Source: Chlamydiales bacterium
Lineage (GTDB): Bacteria > Chlamydiota > Chlamydiia > Chlamydiales > JACRBE01
Assembly: GCA_016213235.1 (NCBI GenBank)
Contig: JACRBE010000044.1
Location: 1 to 32,954 of the forward strand
DNA: 32,954 nt
Reading direction: 5' to 3'
Under the pieces are notes generated by a model. It had not been told where the DNA came from, ran no database searches, and saw nothing but the letters and a program-made list of their open reading frames with translations. Every line of letters starts with the position of its first letter. The first letter of the stretch is position 1. Both the position numbers and the translations under genes were made by a program. This document shows positions 7,895 to 16,874 of this stretch, piece by piece.

Positions 7895-10294
7895 TTATTC
7901 GTCTTTTGTAGTTATAGTATAGCTAGTAATGTAAGTCTTATTTTCAATACTACGCTCTATCGTCGGATTGTCTGAATAGGTCCTATCGTCTTTTTTATGC
8001 AAAGAAGTGTGAGAATCATCAAATAAAGCAATCATATCATCTGCCCTTTCAAATGCTCGGTAATGACCACTATCAAGGACTCCTTTTTGTACAACAAAAG
8101 TTTTTGGAGTAAGTACAAGTGTGATAAAATGGCTTTCATCTAATTCCTCTCCCTGTGCTGGTAAGTCCCCATGATATATACGTAGTTCAACAGGATCTAA
8201 TATGCCCGTTAGTGTTCTTTTGTTTTGTCGTTCCAGTACCACTTGTTGGGAGTTGTCCACTGTGAAATTAATACACTCGTCCGGTGCAACAGCGCTCGTT
8301 TCAAATTTTAATATGCAGTGAATTGGTACATCAATTCTTCCAAGTCTTATGTTTTGTATCAGATCGTCGCGAATGTGGTTTTTTAACACACTCAATGGAA
8401 TATTAGGATGATTAGGATGAATATAAATAGTGATGGTAGGAGGCTTGTCATCGGAGATAGATGATATGGATAAAGAATATGTTTCTTCTTTTTTCACATT
8501 GAGAAATAAACCATAGATAGCAAGTGTTTCAGTTGGAATAGGTACATCTTTAGGGAGATATAATATTTGCTTATTATAAGATGCCCTAGTGGTGACTCGG
8601 TGAAATTGCCCTGCTGCTGTTGTAACATCATCTCTTTCTATCGATCCATGAGAATCTTTGTATTCTTGCGCGGCACCGTTGGTAAACTGATAAGGTTCAG
8701 GATGATTTTCGATTGCTGTTTTTAATGTATCTTGTAATTTCTGTGGTTCATTGTCTGTGTTTAACAGTAAAATATTTCGAGTCGCTGTTTTAGGATCTTG
8801 ACGGACGATTGTAGGGTCATAATAAGAAGTCCCATACTCCATACAAGCATCATCGTCATCGTCGCACTCTTCAAAATCAAGGTTATAGCTTAGTGGTAGA
8901 TCTATGACTCCCAAACATTTTTTTTCCACCAGATCCTCTTCGATAATTTTTTTTAGCGCATCCAAAGAAATATCAGAGTGATCTTTAGGGAAACGAACGA
9001 TAATAGAGGTTTTTTTTAACGCAGCAGGTGGTGTAGTTGGTATTAATAAAGAGTATTTTATATCATCTCTTCGTTTCAAAGATCCAAACCCAAAAGCAGA
9101 AACAAGATCAAGACGATTTAATATTTCAGATAAAAACTGTTGAGCATCATATTGTTGTCCGACACGGTAACTAGAAGTAAATGGGGATTCTTGTATTCCT
9201 CTAAAAAGATGTAGTGTTGCAGTGTTTGAAAAAGCGCTCTTTAAAAGGGGGGCTAAGAAACGAGCAGTAATGGGGTGAGCTCTAGCAATTCGAGATAAGG
9301 CGTCGTCTTGTTGTGATTGGTCTCCATTTAAATAATCAAAAAAGCCAGGAATAGCCCAAAATGCTTGTTGCATTTTTCTTTCATAATTACGATTAAGGAT
9401 CTGTTGTTCCATGGAGAGGGTTTTTAATTCCAAAAAGGCAGAGCAAAAATCAATGAGTTTCAAATCTTGTATAACTGTTGCAATGGACCCAGTAATGTTG
9501 TCTATAAAAGCAGGATTCCTAAATGATGCAGTAGTATCATCATCTTCGTGTTGACAAGCAAGATAACTTAAAGTAAGTAGCTTACCGGATAAATGATATA
9601 AGTCGTTGATCAGCTCATTTTGTAGTTGAAGAAAGGCAAGTTCTTTATTGCGGTGAATAACCATATGTCCATCATCATCGATAGTAAAGCACTCTCTTAT
9701 CTGATCAATCACTGCCTTGCATTTGTCTTTATTGCTGGTGCAAAGAGTGATTACAGCATTCACATCGTCATGCCCTGCATCTTGTATTGGATTTAACTCT
9801 AAATCGTCTAATAACTGAGATACTTGCAAGAGCTTATCGTTTAGTTCTTTTCGTTTTTCTTCTGTTTTTTCTACGAACACATCGGATACAAATAATAGTT
9901 GCAGACAAGAGTTGGCAAAACAGGTGTTGTGCATGTTAGATAATCCAAAACGATCTGGCTGCGTTGCACCTTTTGTGGAAAAAGATCCATGTAAATAAGA
10001 TAAATCTAACACGTCTGGATTTACATTGATACGAGCAGGTGGAGTAAAAGGACTATGCATTTTTTTGCTTTGTGGATGAAGAATAGACATCGCAATTTCA
10101 TAAATACACTCTAAAAGTGTCTTTACGAACTGTTCAATAGGTTCAAAAGTTCTATTAATAAGCGGTTTTAGAGGTCTATTTTGTCTTTGATGGGATGGTA
10201 GTAAGGCTGTCGCTGGATTAGGAGAATTGGTTACCGGTTTTGCACCACCAGGTGGAGGGTGTCGAGTAGATGTAATTTTTGGAACGCTATTCAT
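7895..10294 (-). CDS. Ubiquitin-specific protease (USP, peptidase C19)-like deubiquitinase, candidate secreted effector, copy B
   Basis: Cys box GLSNMHNTCFANSCLQLL (C125), QQYDAQQFL (380-388), His box QKGVLDSGHY (H744), LFDDS (D759-D760), terminal TYITSY. Pro-rich N-terminus; paralogous to copy A. Confidence 0.85.
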   Translation of the reverse strand: MNSVPKITSTRHPPPGGAKPVTNSPNPATALLPSHQRQNRPLKPLINRTFEPIEQFVKTLLECIYEIAMSILHPQSKKMHSPFTPPARINVNPDVLDLSYLHGSFSTKGATQPDRFGLSNMHNTCFANSCLQLLFVSDVFVEKTEEKRKELNDKLLQVSQLLDDLELNPIQDAGHDDVNAVITLCTSNKDKCKAVIDQIRECFTIDDDGHMVIHRNKELAFLQLQNELINDLYHLSGKLLTLSYLACQHEDDDTTASFRNPAFIDNITGSIATVIQDLKLIDFCSAFLELKTLSMEQQILNRNYERKMQQAFWAIPGFFDYLNGDQSQQDDALSRIARAHPITARFLAPLLKSAFSNTATLHLFRGIQESPFTSSYRVGQQYDAQQFLSEILNRLDLVSAFGFGSLKRRDDIKYSLLIPTTPPAALKKTSIIVRFPKDHSDISLDALKKIIEEDLVEKKCLGVIDLPLSYNLDFEECDDDDDACMEYGTSYYDPTIVRQDPKTATRNILLLNTDNEPQKLQDTLKTAIENHPEPYQFTNGAAQEYKDSHGSIERDDVTTAAGQFHRVTTRASYNKQILYLPKDVPIPTETLAIYGLFLNVKKEETYSLSISSISDDKPPTITIYIHPNHPNIPLSVLKNHIRDDLIQNIRLGRIDVPIHCILKFETSAVAPDECINFTVDNSQQVVLERQNKRTLTGILDPVELRIYHGDLPAQGEELDESHFITLVLTPKTFVVQKGVLDSGHYRAFERADDMIALFDDSHTSLHKKDDRTYSDNPTIERSIENKTYITSYTITTKDE
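8264..9073 (-). repeat. Diverged internal protein duplication (~80 aa, two copies) in USP copy B
   Basis: aa 408-487 (nt 8834-9073) aligns with aa 601-677 (nt 8264-8494): YSLLI/YSLSI, DHSDISLDALKKIIEEDL/NHPNIPLSVLKNHIRDDL, LGVIDLP/LGRIDVP, LDFE/LKFE, DACM/DECI. Confidence 0.75.
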
Positions 10295-10368
10295 AAAATA
10301 ACAAGGGGGTTAAATTTGAGGTTATTATAAGGAATAAAAGAATAAAAAAAACAAACTAATTATTTTAA

Positions 10369-11982
10369 TTAGTCTATTCTAATATAGTTTAAGTGAACAG
10401 ACCCAATCGGTGATATATAAAAATTTTTAATATTACTTTTTGATATGTAAGAATAATTGAAATGATAAATACATGTAATAGGAGATTCATTAATTATTAT
10501 TTGCTCAGCCTGCTGTGCGTAGTACATTCGCTGGTTTAGCCGCTGTTCATTGTCTAATAAATAAAGAATTTCTTTGTATTCATTGTTTTCCCAGTCCGGA
10601 TAGTTTTTAGGATTATCCTTTGCTCGAAAACGATCTAAGATATCCATAGGGTCGTTATATTGCGACATCCAAATCGCTTGTGCTACTTGATAATTCTTGT
10701 TTACTAAATGATCTATAAAAATTTTAAAATCATAGCCAATAAGTTGAACATCTACGCCAAGAGACTTTCTCCACTGTTCTTGTATAGCTTGTGCTATTTT
10801 CGTAAAATAATGAGTCTTAAGATAAGTATAGGTAAGAGTAGGAAAGTCTTTTTTGCTCATTTGTAGTTCTTCCAGCCCCTTTTCAAATAGTTTCTTTGCT
10901 TTTTCCTCATTATAATCTTCATATAGAGGGGTGTTATTCCCGCTTTTTAAAATAGGTGGAATGATTTGCTGTGCAACGACTTCATTTAGTTGTGTAATAT
11001 TTTCTACGATCTCTTTGCGATTAATACATAAAGAGAGCGCCTTTCTGATGCAGATGTTGTTTAGTGGATGTTTTTTGGTGTTAAATGCGCAGAATAGTGT
11101 AGAGCTAATAGGAACTGTTTTTAGATTTTCTTTGAAAGAAACTGATTCTTTTGCCTCTAGAGGAAGCTGAGAAAAGCTCGCTCCCACAAGGTCTATTTCT
11201 CCCTTTTCAAACATCTCAAGCGCAACAAGGTCATCAGATACAAAAGAAATGGCGATTTGATCGATATGAATGTTGTCTTTATCATAGTAATAAGGGTTTT
11301 TTATCAGTTTTGCATCAGCATTCTTTTTCAGATATTGCAACAAGAAGGGACCACAGCTAATCAGATTTTCCATGGATGGATCGATGCTAAAAGTGGATCG
11401 GTAGGAGGGGTGTATGGGAAAGTAGGTGCAAAAGGATGTCAATTCAAGAAAATATGGAGTTGGTTTATCTAGTGTTACGATGAGCGTTTTTTCATCTGGG
11501 CATTCAATACCAACGTCATCTAAAGCAACAAGCCCTTTTTTTGCAAAGAAAGCATGTTTAATTGGATATAGCAAATTAGCATTGGGAGCTGGGAAAGAGG
11601 GATCTAAGATGTTTTTCCAAGATGCAGCAAAATCATAGGAGGTAATAGGATCCCCATTAGACCAATAAGAATCTTTTAAAGTGAAGGTATAACAAAGAAG
11701 ATCGGGAGAAATATCGATCTGTTTGGCAAGGCCGAGTTCACAACTAGAAGAAGGAGTGATTTTTGTTAGTCCTTCAAACATCATAAAAATAAAAGTAGAA
11801 GAGATAATATCCCCAGATTTTCTTGGATCTAATGTTGGAGGGCATTGTGTGAAATTTAATCGAAGGGTTTTTTCTGTGCCTCTTTTTTCTTCTATGGAGG
11901 AACAAGCAACAGTTAGAAAAAAAAGAAGGAGTCCTAATATGTGCAAGCTTTGCTTCATAAAAAAAAGGGCCTCTTTTATCAT
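10369..11982 (-). CDS. oppA: Oligopeptide ABC transporter substrate-binding lipoprotein (SBP family 5), second paralogue
   Basis: Lipobox TVAC, PPTLDPR, MFEGL, YTFTLKDSYWSNGDPITSYDF, IRKALSLCINRKEI. The true start may be the second Met at 11958. Confidence 0.93.
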   Translation of the reverse strand: MIKEALFFMKQSLHILGLLLFFLTVACSSIEEKRGTEKTLRLNFTQCPPTLDPRKSGDIISSTFIFMMFEGLTKITPSSSCELGLAKQIDISPDLLCYTFTLKDSYWSNGDPITSYDFAASWKNILDPSFPAPNANLLYPIKHAFFAKKGLVALDDVGIECPDEKTLIVTLDKPTPYFLELTSFCTYFPIHPSYRSTFSIDPSMENLISCGPFLLQYLKKNADAKLIKNPYYYDKDNIHIDQIAISFVSDDLVALEMFEKGEIDLVGASFSQLPLEAKESVSFKENLKTVPISSTLFCAFNTKKHPLNNICIRKALSLCINRKEIVENITQLNEVVAQQIIPPILKSGNNTPLYEDYNEEKAKKLFEKGLEELQMSKKDFPTLTYTYLKTHYFTKIAQAIQEQWRKSLGVDVQLIGYDFKIFIDHLVNKNYQVAQAIWMSQYNDPMDILDRFRAKDNPKNYPDWENNEYKEILYLLDNEQRLNQRMYYAQQAEQIIINESPITCIYHFNYSYISKSNIKNFYISPIGSVHLNYIRID

Positions 11983-12048
11983 TTTTGTACTTTATTATTA
12001 TTTTATTGTATATTTTTTACAAGATGGTAGTTCTAATAAGGATAATCC

Positions 12049-13602
12049 ATGTCATTGGTACAAAAAAAAGGTGTTTTAGTAAAAATAGCTCCTTTTTTTT
12101 CTATGGTGATTACATTATCTATGATTTTTTTTGATTCTAGCATGTTGCCACTTGTGATCCCTGTTATACAAACAGAACTATCCCTAGCACCGCTGTTACT
12201 GCGATGGATTATTAATATTTATTTCTTAACGTGTGCTTCTCTTGTCATTTTTAGCGGAAAAATTGGAGATAGGATTGGATATAGAAAGACCGTTTTTATT
12301 GGGATGACGATATTTGGGATTGCAGCTATCATTGCCGGTAGCGCTACATCTGGCACTTCATTATTAATATCTAGAGTTATGCAAGGTGTCGCTGCTAGCT
12401 TAATTACGCCATCTGCCATGTCTGTGCTATTTTACACTTATTTGCCTAGTGAGAGAAATAAAGTACTTGGATCAACCATTGGTATCAGTTCGGTATTTTT
12501 AGCGCTAGGACCATTTGTTGCTGGACTCATTACACAATATTACTCTTGGCGAGTCCTTTTTTACCTGTTTGTTCCTTTTACCGTTTTAGGTGCAATTTCT
12601 GCTCTTTTGCTAGAGCAAACTAAATGGGTAGAGCGGGATAAAGGGAAAATAGATATTGGTGGTTTTTTTCTACTCTCTTTAACAATAGGGTTCTCTGTTC
12701 TTCCTATTATGAATGGACAATATTGGGGATGGTTTTCCATTTCTTTTAATACTTGTATGATGATTAGTATTGTCTCTTTGTTTTTGCTCTATTTTTTCAC
12801 CAAACACAATATCATTAAAACCATTGACTTTTCTTTATTTAAAATAAAGTCTTTTTCTGTTGGGCTCATCATACTATTTGCTATTCAGTTCCCCATGATG
12901 AATACCATCATATGGTGGATTTTTTTTCAAAAGGTGCTGCAATTCACACTTTTTCAAACAGGAGTGCTTGCATTAATTTATGCTCTGCCATCGATAGTGA
13001 TACCGCCTCTTAGTGGTATTGTCTCTGATAAAAAGGGATATGCAATACCTGTTTTGCTGGGTCATGTCCTTATTTTAGTGGGTATATCTTGTGTTACTTT
13101 GTTTGTGTTTAGTGAAAAATATGCCTTTATGTGTATAGCACTTTTCCTCTATGGAGCAGGTATTAGTATTGTATTAACAACGATTAGTACACTGACACTA
13201 AAAGATGTCCCTAGTTTTCAGAGAGGAGTTGCGTCTGGCATATATAATACAGTAAGATTTGGAGCAACCGCATTTGCCTTTGCTTCAATTAGCTCCATAA
13301 AATCGCATATAAAATACAATCAAATGCAGGAGCTTATTTCAACAATCCCTCAATTACAATGTGTTCCCATTAAACAACTAAACGATGTCCTTACAGGAAA
13401 GGAAAAAGCATCGGTATTAGAAAGACTTATTTCAGGCGAGGTTTTTCTACTCTTAAAGCAAGGTTTTGTAAATATCTCCTTAGATCTATTCCAACTATTA
13501 AATATTATTGTCTGTGTGTTTGTATTCTTTAGTCTTTTTATATCAATTCGTTATTTTAAAAATAACACAATTGATGGAAAAGTCTTTTTAAAAATAGATT
13601 AA
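12049..13602 (+). CDS. MFS drug:H+ antiporter, DHA2 / 14-TM type
   Basis: MFS motif A GKIGDRIGYRK, SRVMQG, ALGPFVAG and YSWRVLFY, about 14 hydrophobic segments and a large loop before the last TM. Confidence 0.88.
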   Translation: MSLVQKKGVLVKIAPFFSMVITLSMIFFDSSMLPLVIPVIQTELSLAPLLLRWIINIYFLTCASLVIFSGKIGDRIGYRKTVFIGMTIFGIAAIIAGSATSGTSLLISRVMQGVAASLITPSAMSVLFYTYLPSERNKVLGSTIGISSVFLALGPFVAGLITQYYSWRVLFYLFVPFTVLGAISALLLEQTKWVERDKGKIDIGGFFLLSLTIGFSVLPIMNGQYWGWFSISFNTCMMISIVSLFLLYFFTKHNIIKTIDFSLFKIKSFSVGLIILFAIQFPMMNTIIWWIFFQKVLQFTLFQTGVLALIYALPSIVIPPLSGIVSDKKGYAIPVLLGHVLILVGISCVTLFVFSEKYAFMCIALFLYGAGISIVLTTISTLTLKDVPSFQRGVASGIYNTVRFGATAFAFASISSIKSHIKYNQMQELISTIPQLQCVPIKQLNDVLTGKEKASVLERLISGEVFLLLKQGFVNISLDLFQLLNIIVCVFVFFSLFISIRYFKNNTIDGKVFLKID

Positions 13603-13651
13603 ATTCATAGGATGACAAATAAATATATTCTATGGATGGGGGACTATTTTT

Positions 13652-14482
13652 ATGAAAAAGAAACTGCAAGTGGTTGTTTTTGCTGTTTTAACAATGCTTT
13701 TTATACAGGTGCAGGCAGATGTTGGTATCAACAAGATTCAAATCGTAGCATTATCAAATGCTCCGACAAATGAGGCTGTCGTGCTCCAAATTATTTTCCC
13801 TTCTAATGAGGATTTTGTCAGAAAATACCCAGTTAATTCTCAAATCCGATTAGAGACTTTTTCTTTAGGAATACAATCTCGAATCTATCCGCAAATTGCT
13901 GATTTAAGGAATGATAAAGATGGGCAATGTGTTCATGTTGTAATAGATGATTTGCCTTATTTTAAAGTGACATTAAATAGTGAAGATTCTGCAAATGCCA
14001 ATTTCTCTCTTTATAGAAAAATGCTAACCTTTGACATACCTTATAAACTAGAACCAGGAAAACACATCATGAGAGCTTTTCCCGTACTCTCTTATGGGGA
14101 AAGTATCAAACTATCAACTTCATTTGATGTGCATGAATTTTACTATAGAAAAAAAGACAGCTCTTTTACGTTTGATGCAAAGACTCCTCTTCTTACGTAT
14201 AATGAACCTCAAGGGAACTTCGCTATAAAAAAAGATGGCCCCGTCTTGCTTGATTTTTATGTTAGTAGCGCAAAACTCTCTCCAAGAGATTATAAAGTTT
14301 TAGCTAGCGTTGATAATAAGGTGATAATGAAAATAACCGATTGGCAACCTTATTTAATTTATGGACTGGATGCTGGAGAACATATGATTGAGCTCTCTTT
14401 GATCGATGAGGCAGATCAAGTAGTAAAATCACCATTTAATCCAATTCGAAGAAAAATTAGCGTCTCTAATGCTAAAAAATAA
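13652..14482 (+). CDS. Exported hypothetical protein with two related beta-rich halves
   Basis: Signal peptide ending VQA-D. Motifs GQCVHVVIDD, PGKHIMRAFP, SYGESIK, LTYNEPQG and GLDAGEHMIELSLID. Confidence 0.65.
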   Translation: MKKKLQVVVFAVLTMLFIQVQADVGINKIQIVALSNAPTNEAVVLQIIFPSNEDFVRKYPVNSQIRLETFSLGIQSRIYPQIADLRNDKDGQCVHVVIDDLPYFKVTLNSEDSANANFSLYRKMLTFDIPYKLEPGKHIMRAFPVLSYGESIKLSTSFDVHEFYYRKKDSSFTFDAKTPLLTYNEPQGNFAIKKDGPVLLDFYVSSAKLSPRDYKVLASVDNKVIMKITDWQPYLIYGLDAGEHMIELSLIDEADQVVKSPFNPIRRKISVSNAKK

Positions 14483-15395
14483 TAGGACCGTTTTTTCTCT
14501 CTTGAATTAACTCTGCTATTGTTTTTTCATAGGTAGGTACTAGCATAGGGTGGTTTCTCTCAAGCCACTCTTTTAACTCCGAGCAAGACTCATGTAGCTT
14601 GTATTCAAAGAAATCGAAATTTGCAAAAGATTCATTAAATCGAAGAGATCCTAAATCAAGCTGGAATGGCCTATCATTTAAAAATCCAAAATTGCTTCCA
14701 AAGCTAATATCATGATCTTCAATATTTAAACTAATCCGATAAGCAAAAAAGCGCAAGACTTGTTTAATTGCATCTTGTGCTTTTTCCACATTGTTATCGA
14801 TCATCAGTTGATCGATATAGGGATATGTTAAAATACCACGTTTTTGCAAAATGAATTCATAATCATCTACATTAACTGGATGAGCAATCCCTATTTTATC
14901 GACAAGAGTGAGGGTTTGATGAAGATAATCTGTTTTATTTAAATGGAGATAAACAATACCGTTAAACTCTTTAAAATATTCGCTTGCAATCATATAGCTG
15001 TTAAATGTTGAATCAAAAGTCCTCTTTTTTTTAGCAATTTTTACCTCTCTTTTCTCGTCTAGTTTTGCTGGAAGTGGAAGCGGGGACATCCAAATAGGAA
15101 TTCTCATTCGTTTGTGTTTGGTAACTTTTAGTACATATTGGCTGTCTTTGCTTAAAAAAGCGTAATTCTGCCCACCTGTTTTCATTAGAGTATATGGCTG
15201 ATCAAGCAGATGCTTGATTTGTTTTAGATCCTTATCACAAGGTTTTGGGACTTCCCATCTCACATCGTAAGGGTGAGGGTCTTGTATGTTTAGAAGAGTA
15301 AATCCTTGTGTAATGGAGTGGCAAAATCGATCTACTCTCCAAAATACAAGACAAAAAATAGCAAGCTCAAGAATTCGTCGTATATATTTTTTCAT
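14472..15395 (-). CDS. Membrane-anchored protein kinase-like fold protein
   Basis: N-terminal hydrophobic anchor, then in kinase order TGGQNYAF (Gly loop), YVLK (beta3 Lys), FILQKR (hinge), DHD-x5-NFG (catalytic loop) and LDLG (DFG-like). Confidence 0.6.
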   Translation of the reverse strand: MKKYIRRILELAIFCLVFWRVDRFCHSITQGFTLLNIQDPHPYDVRWEVPKPCDKDLKQIKHLLDQPYTLMKTGGQNYAFLSKDSQYVLKVTKHKRMRIPIWMSPLPLPAKLDEKREVKIAKKKRTFDSTFNSYMIASEYFKEFNGIVYLHLNKTDYLHQTLTLVDKIGIAHPVNVDDYEFILQKRGILTYPYIDQLMIDNNVEKAQDAIKQVLRFFAYRISLNIEDHDISFGSNFGFLNDRPFQLDLGSLRFNESFANFDFFEYKLHESCSELKEWLERNHPMLVPTYEKTIAELIQERKNGPIIF

Positions 15396-15403
15396 AGAGG
15401 ATA

Positions 15404-15432
15404 ATCATACTGAAAGAGTTTCAAATTGGCAA
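15404..15432 (-). promoter_or_regulatory. Promoter for the kinase-like gene, near-leaderless
   Basis: TTGCCA-N17-TATGAT followed by 8 nt (TATCCTCT) before the ATG at 15395; no Shine-Dalgarno. Confidence 0.55.
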
Positions 15433-15602
15433 TAAAAAATCTTTGATACTACATAAGTGGTAACTCTCGAAGAGGTTTGTGTGTAACACATTGATGTTCA
15501 ATCTAATAGATATGTTATTCTTATAATGACAATACGTTTGCATAACACAGGTGTATTGCGATAATTATTGCGTAATGAGATGATACAAAAAAGGCTTTTT
15601 TT

Positions 15603-16661
15603 ATGCGCTCCATGGATGCTGATTTTTTGGAAAACCAGAGTATTCCAACATTAATGTCCGGAAGTTTACAGCAACTTGGCCGCTACCAGGGAAAGCAGGA
15701 ACTTGTATTTCAAAGACGTCCGGAGCTTTTAAAAACTCTTAAACACCAAGCTGTTATAGAGAGTGTAGAATCTTCAAACCGTATAGAAGGTGTCATCGTT
15801 CCGGAAAAGAGACTTAAAGAAATTCTAAGCAATCGAGACAAGCCTAAAAATCGCTCGGAAGAAGAAGTCGTTGGATATCGCAATGTGCTAGCTGAAATAC
15901 ATACTAACTACAAGCATATGGAGATTACTCCGGAGAGCATTTGTAAAATGCACAAAAAAATGTTTGATTTAACCAATCGCTCCAAAGGAGTTTGGAAGAA
16001 TAAAGACAATAGCATTGAAGAACAATTACCTGATGGTACTTGGATTACCCGTTTTTTGCCGGTTTCAGCAAAAGAAACTCCATACTATATGGCAGAATTA
16101 TGTAAACGTTTTAATCGATTATGGAACGAGCAACGTGTAGATAGGCTTTTTGTGTCTTTAGCTTTTGTATTTGATTTTTTGTGGATCCATCCTTTTTTAG
16201 ATGGTAATGGTAGGCTATCGAGACTTTTGACGGTGCTCTTATTGCATAAAATGGAATACGATATCCCTTGGTTCATTAGCTTAGAACGCTTAATTGAAGA
16301 CACTAAGGAATTTTATTATGATACTCTCAAAGAAGTTTCTCAAGGATGGCATAAATCTCAACATCATTTAGGTCCATGGCTAGGATATCACATAACCTTA
16401 CTTCTTAAATCGTACAGGGAACTAGAAGAAAAAGCCGGAGATGCTATTCTTGAAAAAGGGGAAAAAACCACTTGGGTTTTGGAGGCTATTAAAAGCCTTC
16501 CAACAGAATTTCGCGTAGGAGATCTTATTCGCCTCTGTCCGGGAGTGAGCCGCCCTATGATTCGTGTAGTTCTTGAAAATCTGCGTAAAGAAGGCAAGCT
16601 CACTATAAAAGGCTTAACCAGATCTGCCAGATGGAGAAAAGTGAAGGAAAGCGATTTTTAA
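15603..16661 (+). CDS. Fic family AMPylase (class II, internal inhibitory helix) with a C-terminal winged-helix-like domain
   Basis: Canonical HPFLDGNGRLSR motif, inhibitory SNRIEG motif, and C-terminal FRVGDLIRLCPGVSRPMIRVVLENLRKEGKL. Confidence 0.92.
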   Translation: MRSMDADFLENQSIPTLMSGSLQQLGRYQGKQELVFQRRPELLKTLKHQAVIESVESSNRIEGVIVPEKRLKEILSNRDKPKNRSEEEVVGYRNVLAEIHTNYKHMEITPESICKMHKKMFDLTNRSKGVWKNKDNSIEEQLPDGTWITRFLPVSAKETPYYMAELCKRFNRLWNEQRVDRLFVSLAFVFDFLWIHPFLDGNGRLSRLLTVLLLHKMEYDIPWFISLERLIEDTKEFYYDTLKEVSQGWHKSQHHLGPWLGYHITLLLKSYRELEEKAGDAILEKGEKTTWVLEAIKSLPTEFRVGDLIRLCPGVSRPMIRVVLENLRKEGKLTIKGLTRSARWRKVKESDF

Positions 16662-16724
16662 CATCATATCCAATCGTCAATAGACAGTCATCTTAACAAT
16701 TTATTAACATTTTTAATAAAAAAT

Positions 16725-16767
16725 AACAAACTCGCAATTGTTTAATTGTGAGTTTGTTTCGTTGTTT
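16725..16767 (+). terminator. Intrinsic terminator-like hairpin after the fic gene
   Basis: AACAAACTCGCAATT-gttt-AATTGTGAGTTTGTT forms a 15-bp stem with one G-U pair, followed by T-rich sequence. Confidence 0.6.
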
Positions 16768-16874
16768 AAATTAAAATCAAATTAAACGTGAATTGAAATA
16801 AAAAAACGTAAATGAATAATAACGATTGAGAAATAGTATAATAAAAAACATAAAAATGTAATATTGAGGAAGTT

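Noticed and set aside
16744..16752. AATTGTGAG match to the start of the lac operator
   Set aside because: Only 9 bp match, and the sequence is explained as one arm of the terminator hairpin.
15396..16874. Mobile element carrying the fic gene
   Set aside because: No transposase, integrase, terminal inverted repeats or target duplications were seen.
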